Of a stretch of DNA of 64,000 bases, positions 43,463 through 53,325 are shown one piece after another; the first letter of the stretch is position 1; each line of letters begins with the position of its first letter. Both the position numbers and the translations under genes were made by a program. Source of the DNA: Vicugna vicugna (taxonomy: Eukaryota); contig MU058793.1 of the NCBI GenBank assembly GCA_013265495.1, positions 312,001 through 376,000 of the forward strand, in the 5' to 3' direction. The notes under the pieces were generated by a model. That model worked only from the letters and a program-made list of their open reading frames with translations. It ran no database searches and was not told the origin of the DNA.

Positions 43463-44162
43463 CTAGGACATCACAGGGTTATGAGACTAACTTTAACGCA
43501 AATTCATGAAGAGATGGTAACCTAGGGCAAAGTGAGCTGTTGAATTTAAATTTAGGTTCCCTTACCCATCATGCTTTTTCCTACCTCTAGTCTCCATGGC
43601 AACCACTACCAAACCTTCACAATGGTTTTATCTGTCAAAATCACCGACCTGTTTTCTGAGGGTCAACATGAACCTGTCCGTTTCTATTGGCCCATCAAAT
43701 CTCGTGGCTCTAAATTTAATTGCTGAATTTATTAGGCAATTTTTAAGCCCAATTTTGGGTTCTCTGTTTGTTAGAGTACACAGAGCAAAACTGAGCAAAG
43801 CTTGATGACACCCTTAAGGAAAAGGATCTAAGCTTAGAGTTGGGGCACGTGGGTTTGGGGCCTAGGTCAGCTGGGTGCCCCTGGGCGACCTCAATGGCCC
43901 TCCATGGCCTCCTTGTTTGACTTTTTGTTCAGTAGAAGAGCAGAAAAAGAAGAGGGTGGACCCATTTAAGGATCTTCAAGCTGTTGTGTGGATTTCTAAT
44001 GTTTTATAAAGGTATTGCAGGAACCACCTTGGGAGACGAGAGAAAATGTGAGAAGAGGACCTCCAGCCTGCTGCCCAAATAAGATCAATGTTCCTCTTAT
44101 CTATTCTTCATCCTGGGCTTCCAGGTTAAATTTCCTCTCCACCTGAAAGAATGTCTCAGCAT

Positions 44163-44207
44163 CGCGCGCGCGCGCGCGTGCGTGTGTGTGTGTGTGTGTG
44201 TGTGTGT
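44163..44207. repeat. (CG)n(TG)n alternating purine-pyrimidine tract
   Basis: cgcgcgcgcgcgcgcgtgcgtgtgtgtg... followed by a G run. Confidence 0.95.
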
Positions 44208-44219
44208 TGTGGGGGGGGC

Positions 44220-44716
44220 GGTTATCAAAGAATAAAAACTCAATGACACTTGTTAAATCACAGGAAGGAAGACTTCAGTCAAAGAGGGCAGGGCTCTCTC
44301 AGCAGGTATAACCACTGCAGTGGGATTTTGCAGGGAAAAGAGGGATTGGGCTCAACTCTGAATATCCTATGGGCAAGCGGGAATTTATAGGCAAGGAGCA
44401 GGGTAGGGTCAGTGGATGGAAAGTTACTAAGAGAAAATGTCAGGGTTCTGTCTAAGCCAAGCTAACAGGATTCTTGCTGCAAACAGGCCACCGTGATCAG
44501 ACATCACCTGGGTCTGAGGGTGGGGAAGTGTTGGTAGAGGATGAGGAACCTGATCAGATATCAAAGGTGATCAGATATTGAGGGTGGGGGATTCTGGTTA
44601 CACTGAATTAGCAAGATTCTTGCTAAAACTAGGTTTTACCCCAAAAATGCATAGATAAATCTAGAAGAAGTTTCAGGAGCCTGACTAAAGTTTGGTCAAG
44701 CAAATACTCTTTGTCA
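44220..44716 (-). mobile_element. ERV1 solo LTR (MER31/MER67-like)
   Basis: The - strand begins TGACAAAGAGTATTTGCTTGACCAAACTTTAGTCAGGCTCC and has the tgatcagat repeats typical of the MER31 group. Name from recall. Confidence 0.75.
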
Positions 44717-45210
44717 GTGTATATAATTTGGTTATTAAAGCTTTAAAATCTCTAGGTTAGATGTTATCAATGAATCCTTCTGGTCCCAGCATTCTAGAAA
44801 TACCCCTAACATAGACAGAATTTTGTGTACAGATATACTTGAATGATTACTAGAAGCCAGACTTAAAGAGAGCAAGAATTTGACCCTGTAGGGGTTTCCT
44901 TGACCCTCCTAAGTTCTCAGCTGCGGCCCCTATAACAAAAGACAGATTAACAAGAAAAAGCATACAAATTTACTTAATATGAGTTTTACTTGACTTGGGA
45001 GTTTTCCTAATGAAATGAAGACCTGAAGAAACAGTCAAACGTTGAGTATTTTTACTCACGATACTTTAGATGAGGAGTGGGAAGTTGTGTGAAAAAGTGA
45101 TAGAAGGGGATATGCGGTCATCCTGGTAAACAGGGGAAACTTACAAGGCCTGTTTGTCAGATTCCCCTGGTGCCCTCTGAGGATGCTCCCGGGGTGGGGG
45201 GGGCACCTCT

Positions 45211-45325
45211 TGTTACTAAGTCCAAACCCATCCTGCTCTCCACACGACAGGCCAATAAATCGGAAGATGAGGTATTGGGGCAAGGAATAACGACTTTATT
45301 TGGAAAGCCAGCAGACAGAGAAGAT
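45211..45325 (-). mobile_element. truncated 3' LTR (R/U5 part only)
   Basis: Aligns ungapped to 48240-48354 with ~25 mismatches in 115 nt by manual count. Contains AATAAA (plus strand gactttatt). Confidence 0.88.
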
Positions 45326-45365
45326 ACTTTTCAGTCCATTGGAAGGCAGCATCTCTGCTGTAAAC

Positions 45366-45587
45366 TATGTTTCAGGGTGAGGTCCCCTCGTTGGCATTCT
45401 AGAGGTCGTAAGAACAAACGATTTTGTCGTTTGGATGGATTGAGATACTTTCTGTGCCACCTCGTGTTTATCACCCGTATCAATCAGAAAGTCCATCATC
45501 TCATTTTCCACTGTCAAGTTTACCCAGGGCTTCTGTGGGGATTGGAATTGGGTGCCTCAAGTCCAAGGGAGATCTTAGGCCTCTTTA
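45366..45587 (-). pseudogene. pro: retroviral gag stop + aspartic protease remnant
   Basis: The - strand reads H-S-D-D-K-stop (TAA, 45585-45587), then 'PQKPWVNLTVENEMMDFLIDTG' (active-site DTG) and, after frameshifts, 'LRPLECQRGDLTLKHSF'. Confidence 0.85.
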
Positions 45588-45649
45588 TTTATCATCAGAG
45601 TGTTCCTCTCTTTCTAGCATATGAGAGGTTCCCGTATTTTTTAAAATTA

Positions 45650-46284
45650 TTTCCCTGGATCAGATTCATGATAAGGTAAAACATACATGTTGAGGGGTAC
45701 CATCAACAGAACTATATATCCCAGAAAAAGAAAAGGCACCTCATAGGCCAAGGGTTTTATAAGAAGCCACCTAAAGGAGGCCCTAGCTTTAGTCTCAGTC
45801 CAGAAAAAGTCTCAAGACTCCCCAGTACTGTAGTCACATTATTTGGAAAAGCCTTTGCAAGGATAGAAAAAGATGCAGTAGTTGCTACAGCAAAACTTCC
45901 TGCATCTGTTATACTCCCTAGAAAACTCATGCCAATAAACACTGGTCCTTCTGGAACTTGGTCCAGTACACCAAAGAGAATTGTAACTCCTCCTGAGACA
46001 AACATTCCTCTTACAGACATAAATTTTGCTCCAATATGCACAAGACATTTTCCAAATACCAAAGATGCCAGCAAGTCAAACAAAGCATAACACCCAAGGA
46101 TCATACCAATAACTATATCGCTGGCTCCATTCTTTCCAGCCTCCTTGGGGATAAAGGGTCCAAGGACAGAATAGCACATCATGGAACCTACGTTAATGGA
46201 AACTGCTGATATCAGTACAAAAATCTGTTCTTTTGAAAGCTGCCTGCCTGGGCGTCTCCCTTGCACATCCTGGAGGGCCATCAC
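45650..46284 (-). pseudogene. SLC18B1: SLC18B1 processed copy, segment 2 (N-terminal coding part, ~residues 15-225; likely exon 2 to start of exon 7)
   Basis: Translation LSKEQIFVLISAVSINVGSMMCYSVLGPFIPKEAGKNGAS...AKAFPNNVTTVLGSLETFSGL...GPPLGGFL, then after a -1 frameshift YEVPFLFLGYIVLLMVPLNMYVLPYHESDPGK. Matches the MFS transporter SLC18B1 (C6orf192) and has no introns. Confidence 0.95.
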
Positions 46285-46596
46285 CTCTTAAAGTGCAAGA
46301 ATGGGGCAGGTCCTAAGAGCATGTAGCATCCTGCTGTGATTTAGTTTCCAAAAACCAGAAGCCATTTCCTTAGATGTGGCATTTTATCACTGAGTAGGCC
46401 CAACGGTGGTGAAGAAATGGTGCCAAACGTAGGAATACCAGTCCCACATATCCAGCTGGTAAATTAAATTTTTCCAAAACAAAAAGGGACAGCGTAGGAT
46501 CAAGGAAGCCAAAACCAGACTTGAGTGAGGTGCTGATGAAGGATATAAGGGCAACCTTAAGTAAAGTGATGAGTTTCCAGAATGAGTGTTTCCCTG
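46285..46596 (-). pseudogene. SLC18B1: SLC18B1 processed copy, segment 1 (~residues 223-330; likely exons 7-9), lying upstream of the N-terminal part
   Basis: GKHSFWKLITLLKVALISFISTSLKSGFGFLDPTLSLFVLEKFNLPAGYVGLVFL, then a ~10-nt deletion, then ISSPPLGLLSDKMPHLRKWLLVFGN*ITAGCYMLLGPAPFLHFK. Confidence 0.95.
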
Positions 46597-47300
46597 TTAA
46601 CACTTTAAAAGCAACCTCTACCAACTGAGAAGTGTACATTCCAAACGTATCATCAAATTTTTGCAATTTTCTCATATTTACCATTCCAGCATTTTCAGGG
46701 GCCTCAGGATCTGCTGTCGATCTGATAAATCCTTTCTAAAAATTCAGAGAGGCCTTCACTTGGTTTTTGCTGAATTTCTTTAATTTAGTTAAACCCAGCC
46801 TGCTGGCTGTTTGCATTTAGGCCCCCTACGGGATAATGTTGTAGGGGAAATTGCCCTGTGCTGGGAGTGGCTCCTGGTCCAAACTGGGTGCCCTGTCGGG
46901 TCTTAGGTGGAAATACCAGACTAGGTCCCTGTGCCCAAAGAACCATCACAGGATTTTCTAATTGATCCCTATAAGGAGAGGGAGCCTGTTTGACCGCTTC
47001 CTGGGCCCAGGAACTGGGGCTAGCTGTGTAGGAATGGGAAGCAGAGGAGGGGGTAAATGCATTGGCATAATGGCCAGAGTGGCTGGGACAGCTAGTTCAG
47101 CCAGCAGAGTTAAGATTTGAAGCAACGTATCCTCACCCATTCCTTTCCTTTTCTTGTTTTCCCTGAGGTAATAGCACAAATGCTTGTACATAGGGGATTT
47201 TATCATTCTTCCCTGCATTTTCATAGAATATCTGTAATTGCAGGATTGTATAGGGCCATTCAAAGGCCACCATTCCTCAGCATTTTATTGTAAAACCATA
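46597..47300 (-). pseudogene. gag: deleted ERV1 gag remnant (MA, p12-like, CA C-terminus)
   Basis: Fragments 'WPLNG...LQLQIF...KIPYVQAFVLL' (MA), 'PPKTRQGTQFGPG...GQFPLQHYPVGG', 'FLERIYQ...PEAPENAGMVNM' and 'RKLQKFD...TSQLVEVAFKV' (CA/MHR region). Confidence 0.85.
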
Positions 47301-48063
47301 AACAGCAACTGATCCTCTTTAATCACTTTGTCTTGGGATCAACCAACTGGGCTGAATTCTGGGCAGGGGCTTTTGGTGATTTTAGGAACCAAGTGGGACC
47401 TTTATATTCTCCCTGGGAAGGTCCCACTCTTGGACCAGAACAGATAGGTTGTTTTTTTGTCCCTTCCCTCCACTTGACATCAGTAAACGTTTTAAATATC
47501 ATAAAACTTGGCTGTAAATGGGGAAACAGAATCAAAACAAAATGAAATGAAAAACCCAGAGGATAAACAGAAATCCTAAATGCATGCTCAAGTTTGGCCT
47601 TGGGGTTTAACATGTACCAACAACACAGGAGACCACAAATAACATAATTAACACAGCAAGGACGGCGGTATGTGGAGATAACCCTGCAGAAGCCCCTGTG
47701 GAGATCCGCACACGTACTATGGCCACACACTGTTCATCCTCCCCTAGGCGCAGGTTCATCGCTGTAATCAGACCACTTACCCAAAACGCGCCTCAGACGA
47801 CTTTCTTTAGGGATAGTTGAAACAGTCCCCGTTCTTTTTTTTTTTTTTTAAGACAGAAATACAAGATAAACAAAACACATCCGGCGCAGAAATGCCACAA
47901 TCCAGAGACAAACGAACCAGTTCACAAATCAGGTAAAAGTCCAGCAATTATTCCCTCTCTCCAACAGGATACCCACCTCAAGCACAAAACAAACTGGCTT
48001 GTTCCAAGGAAAAAAGCCCCAAACGGGAGAGGAACAAAGTTTCCGGCTGCACACACCGGGGCC

Positions 48064-48070
48064 ACTTACC
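48064..48070 (-). promoter_or_regulatory. candidate ERV leader splice donor G|GTAAGT (second copy at 47775-47781)
   Basis: Perfect consensus donors in the leader, in the element's orientation. Confidence 0.5.
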
Positions 48071-48216
48071 CTACAGCCTCTCCCAGATGAGATTCCTGGC
48101 TCCAGCTGCCCAGCTCTGGGGCGGCCCGGTCACTTCCGGGAACTTTGAAGGGAGAAGAATCCTGAGGGGAAGGGGGCCCGGCAGCCGCTAGAGCCTTAAC
48201 CGGAACGCTGCCCGAT

Positions 48217-48234
48217 GGAAGCCGGCTGGTGCCA
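48217..48234 (-). promoter_or_regulatory. degenerate primer-binding site
   Basis: TGGCACCAGCCGGCTTCC begins 5 nt after the LTR's terminal CA. It is not an exact match to any tRNA 3' end I can recall (loosely Arg-like). Confidence 0.5.
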
Positions 48235-48239
48235 AAATT

Positions 48240-48758
48240 TGTCACCGAGTCCAAACTCGTTCTGCTCGCCGCTGGACAGACCAGTACATCGGGAGACAAG
48301 GTACTGGGGCGAGGAGTAACGACTTTATTCCGAAAGCCAGCCGATCAAGAAGATGGGGGACTAATGTCTTAGAAAACCATCTTACCCAAGTCAGAATTCA
48401 GGTTCCTTTTACGCTAAAAAGGGGAAGGGATGTGTTTGGTTGCTGCAAACTTCTTGGTGTCGGATCCTTTGTTCTTGCAGCTTTCCACGTAGGTCAGGTC
48501 ATGAAGTTCCTGTAGACCGCCAACAAGAAAATGTTATTCTCTGTTCTGGAATTTGCTGTCTCTATATGAACAAAAAAAAATGTTATACCCTTAAAGATAG
48601 AGTCTTGAGTATGGGTTCTCCTATATATTTCAGGCTAAAGGCAACATTCTTTTACAAAAGGTGCAGAACCTGCACGACTAAGCATAAGACACAGAGCACA
48701 GGGTTAGAGCCAAAGGAACAGCTCTAATATGGAGTCAGCTTTGTTCTTCCCCATTACA
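48240..48758 (-). mobile_element. complete 5' LTR, 519 bp (resembles cetartiodactyl MER41-type ERV1 LTRs)
   Basis: TGTAATGGGGAAGAACAAAGCTGACTCCATATT...GGTGACA, with a degraded TATA (CGTAAAAGG) and AATAAA. Family name from recall. Confidence 0.88.
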
Positions 48759-51700
48759 CTCTCACATGAAGGTCTTATCTGCTTATCTTACCTGCTCTTC
48801 TGCTTCAGGGGAAGGTCAGGAAGTCCCTCCTGCACCTGCCATTTCTCAAATTCCATCAGCTTAAAATATTCTATATGCCAAAACACTTTATCTTGTGGTA
48901 GCATGTTCTGAATCCTGCCAACCCATTCCTCCTTCTCTCTGTCTATACCACATAACACCCATAGGAAAGGAGCAAACATAGGGTACATTTAAGAGGGCCT
49001 GAATTTAAAGGATATGTGGGAAGGCAGCAAAAGGGAGGGGGAAGTTGGGGTTTTAATCATCTCTTCTTTCCTCAAACATCACTTCCTCTGGCCCAATCCC
49101 ATGCCTCTTTATTCAGGGCTTGCTTGCAGCTGAGATCTACCAGTGCAGGCAACCATTTCAGCCTCTCCCAGCCCCTCTGAGCTTCTGCGAAGGACTGGAA
49201 CCCTCTGACTTATTTCTGAAGCCTGAGTCTTTGACAGCAGGCCAGCCTGGCAGCCCAGCTCTGCAAAGTTTGCCCTGAGCCCCACAGTCCTCCTGTTTTA
49301 TTAATACAGAACAGAACGAGAAGAACCAGCCTGAGAGGCAGCTACAAAGGCACTCAGTCCCCTAAAATGTGATATTTGATCACAGGAGGATTTTGCACTG
49401 GGATAGTTTATAATCCTAAATTTAAATCCTTCCTGAATTTCAGAGGTTCCAGTATCAAAATCCTTTTAGGATTTTTCAAAGTGTGTAATCTGTTTAGATT
49501 TTTTTTTTAAACTCTCTGGTCCATTCTTTCTCCAAAAATAGGCTTGCTACATTTTTAACTTCCTTTAGAAGAAAGGAAGAAATGTCTTTAAAAAAAAATT
49601 AAATTTGTTGTTTATTTGACTTTAGGGGCAACTGTTTCTAAGACATCGAAAGAAATATTCTTACTAAAATAAAGTGGAATATTTTTTTTCAGTGACTGCA
49701 AATCAACCCAGAAGAAACATTTATTTTAACAGGGATTAAGAAGGGAAAGAAACAAGAAGCTGTGTTAAGGGAAAGACATTAGCAATACACAAGAAAGAAA
49801 CAGAAAACTCTCTTCTCTTTCCTCCCTACCTCAAGCAACCATAGGAGAAAACCGGTTGGTTGCTTATTATAATTTAAATTAGAAGGTGGAGAATAAGTGT
49901 TCCCTGGAGAGCAGGAGGTGGTGAATGAAAGGGAGGGAGGAGGAAGTGGGGAGGGCAGAGAAGGAAGCTAACAGGAGGGGGACTCAAAAGGAGACTGAAG
50001 TTATGTTCCCTGCTCTGCTTTTTGAACAAGCCTTACTCTCCAGGGTAGACCTGAGACCTTTCTGAGGGTTGAATAAAGGTTGACGTTAGAAAAGTGACCC
50101 TGAAGACAGTCCACTGGTAGAGATTGCCTTAGAATGGCTGACCCTCCTGGACGAATTTTTCTATGTGATTTTCATTCCATTTTCATCATCTGTTATAACA
50201 TAAAATTTCATCAACTGTAAATGTCAGTTCTTCCCTTTATTATTTGCTAATGTCATAAAAATCTGAATTGTTTGCTTTGTTAAAGGGCTTGCTGGGCATT
50301 GACTTTTCCTTATTTGTACTTTACTACCCCAAATGTGTGGGACTTATTTATTTAAAAAAAATAACATCCCGTTCGAAATGGGATTTAAATAACAGAGCAA
50401 GGTTTGCCATTATCATAAATGTATAAAGTGCTTTGTGAGTAATAAAATGGATCATGGATTCAGGATAATTCAAACTGAAATGTTATGTTCAGTATCAAGA
50501 TTAGATTACGTTAATGCAGTTCATTTTAAATGGTTTAAAGGCCATCAGATGCATGTGAAAAGAATCTGTATCATAACTTAGAATAAATAGACTGAGACAT
50601 TTGTTTATAATGTCAGTGCTAAACAAATCTATTACTACATTTCTGCATGTAGCATTATATTACCACTGCTATTAAACAAACAGAGCATGAAGATAAATTA
50701 TAGCTTTAATTATAAACATTACCTTTGCGTATTTATTAATTTAAAATGGAACAATGTTCAATAACCTTAGGTTATTTATATCAGCTAACATTTTAATTAA
50801 CTTTGTTGTATTTATGCGTCTTGGTAATTGTTGCTACCAGGCACATGGAGCTCCTTGAATAATGGAAGCAATCTAACCTATCCCTGTGCATATTACCCAT
50901 TAATGGGATGGTAACGTTGTAACTCCTGCCAGAGAGTCAGACTCTGCTACACAGGCTTCCCCGGGAAGAGCCTAAGGCTCCAAAATGTGCCTTTCTTCTT
51001 GGAAACCACCACTGAGGAGCACCTGGAATTCCTGGACAGCCTGTGGAGAAAGGTAGCAGAGGAGCCAGGAATTCTCTTGTAAAGTAAGAAACAGTCAAAA
51101 CAGTCAGCATCTCTCAGCGAAGCTGAGCTGCAGAACCAGCATAGTTGAGCAGGTGGCCAGAGGCCATGGCCCTTCCTCAGCAGGGCTCCAATTGAATACC
51201 CCCATCACAGACAAGAATCTTGGCCATAAGATTCAGACAGGCAATAGCACGATTTTTGATTTTTCATTAATCAACTTAACTTTTTCTTTAAGTCCCCACT
51301 GCAAGAGTTTGATGGGAAATCCTTTCTCAGTCTTTTATTGGAGTTGTACCTACATTCAGAATGCAGAATAAGAAGAGGGGAGACCTTTAGACCCCCGCCC
51401 ACTATATTTTCTACCAATAATCTTGGCCTGCTTTTCCATTGCTCTCTTGGAGCCTCATTGCTACCCACTTTCCTACCTCGAGAGGCCTGTGAAAGACATA
51501 CAGTGCCTCAGAACCCTTTCCTCCCTAGTTGGACCACGCAGTCATACCCTCTGAGGCCTGGCCATCCATCCAGGGAGATGGCGCAGGGCAGTGGCTGAGT
51601 CAAGCTTCTCTGTATCCACAGGCCTCTTCTACCCAAAGCCAGGGGAAGCTCCACTCCCTCCCTCCTGTGTCCTCATAGCCTTCTCCCTCATCCCAAAACA

Positions 51701-52414
51701 CTCCTTCCTTTTGTCCTTTTGATGATGGACTTTGTTAGTCCATTAAACCTGAAGACAAAATACTCAAAACATAAAAATGGATTTCTCTGTTCCTGAGGGC
51801 AGGGAGGGCTTAATCTTCATATGCTACCTTAAACTCCAAGAAATTAAGGGGAAGAAGAAAGTATCATTACATGGAAATGGGAAAAGAGTCTTGAAGACAG
51901 GGATGCCTCTAGTCCCTTGTCCCCACTCTTGGGTACCCATCCCATCCTTTGCTCTCCATTCCCAGTAGTCATCATTCTACCTGGAGGGCCTCTGGACAAG
52001 GAACACACTGAGGGGAGGAACTCTTTCTTTTTCACTAGAATATGTCTAGAATTGAGCATGCAGCCAGGCCCAAGGAAAATGCATAACATACATTTGTCAG
52101 GGGAAAAAAAAAAAAACAGATGATTCCTTTGCAACAGGAATCAGCCAACCTTGAGAGTGTAACATGATCTGAAGCCAGGGCACTGTCCTCACCTTCAGAA
52201 AACAGAAGGGTCAGTCCTGAAGGACGACAAATCCCATTGACCTGCAATTGTTATCACTCTAGGCCTGGTGTTGCAGTAATGTTGGAGGCTAAAATGTCCA
52301 TGCCTTGTCTTCCATGACAAGATTAGGAGGTGATCCAAATAAGAACTTTGTTTTATCTACTTTTTTTTTTAATTATCCCCCCATTCTTGAAAAAGTGAGC
52401 CAAATGATTGGAAT

Positions 52415-52440
52415 ACACACACACACACACACACACACAC
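52415..52440. repeat. (CA)n microsatellite
   Basis: Direct reading. Confidence 0.95.
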
Positions 52441-52529
52441 TCCAGTTTTCATCTCCATTCTCCCACTTTCCCTGTAGACTCCTTTTACCGTCACCTCCAT
52501 CTAGAATATAGAAGATCCAGATTCTGTTT

Positions 52530-52690
52530 TCAACCTTCCTCTGACCAGTTAGGTAAGACTTAAACATCTCCAGATCCTTGAGACTCTGCTTATTCATCTG
52601 TGGAATAGGGTCAATAACTTCATTCTTACCCAACCTCTCAGATTGGTTCGTGTATCCAATGAGATGATGAATATGAAGGCATTTGAGCAG
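52530..52690 (+). mobile_element. MIR SINE
   Basis: tctgcttattcatctgtggaataggg...acctctcagattggttcgtgtatccaatgagatgat. Confidence 0.6.
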
Positions 52691-53325
52691 AAATAATATA
52701 TCACGGCAGTGAAAAAAAAGCTATTTTACTAAATGTTCTTTGGGAGGATTCCTACAGAGAAAGCATTTTTAGCAACAAGGTCAGGCACAGGTTCAAAAGT
52801 GCTGCATCACATTGTCAGTAGTAACAAGGAGCTAGATGTCCCTGAATATCCGTCATTTGGTAGGGAGATGGGTGAAGTGTGGTATATGACAATGGAATGC
52901 TATGCAGTAGTCCAAAACAATGAACTCTCGTGACATAGCAATATGGAGAGAATTCAGAATCATGGCTTTGAGTAAACAAAATTAGAAGTGAGGTTCATCA
53001 AACAATAGCATCATGCAGATACAAAACAAATACATGGAAGACAACACTATTATTTTTCAAGGCTGCGTTCTCCACACATATATGAGGTGGGCTGGAAGTA
53101 GTGTGTGCATTTAGGAAATTAGCATGGACATCTAGAGAGAAAAGAGGTATGGGACTGGAGATACAAGGTGATGCAGAAAATAATCAGAAATGAAGTAAAA
53201 ATAAACATGTTTTTAAAAGGGTCCCATGACAGTATGCCATGAACTGAGGAACAAGAATGACCAAATCTCTGCACTTGACATATGGATGCTAATTTTTTTT
53301 TTTTCCAGGAGGAAAAACAAAAGTG

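Larger units (their letters stand above)
45211..48758 (-). mobile_element. non-autonomous, internally deleted ERV1 (gamma-like) provirus carrying a host SLC18B1 insert
   Basis: TG...CA termini, 4-bp TSD CTCT (45207-45210, 48759-48762), two related LTRs, PBS-like TGG after the 5' LTR, and gag and protease remnants. Confidence 0.92.
44887..48919 (-). mobile_element. MER34/MER39-like ERV1 solo LTR split into 44887-45210 and 48759-48919 by the younger provirus
   Basis: The - strand begins TGGCAGGATTCAGAACATGCTACCACAAGATA...TTTGGCATAT...TTTTAAGCTGA. Removing 45211-48762 restores gggcacctctcacatga. Confidence 0.75.

Noticed and set aside
45170..45679. 169-aa + strand ORF
   Set aside because: Antisense to LTR/protease remnants, with no recognisable protein similarity.
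45757..46284. 175-aa ORF as a functional SLC18B1 gene
   Set aside because: It starts at a GTG created by the permutation junction, has a 4-nt duplication and a -1 frameshift/stop, is intronless, and lies inside an ERV. It is a pseudogene segment.
45650..46596. Ordinary L1-made processed pseudogene, with or without 5' inversion
   Set aside because: Both segments are on the same strand (permuted, not inverted), there is no poly(A) or 3' UTR, and the flanking 8-mer is part of the SLC18B1 sequence itself.
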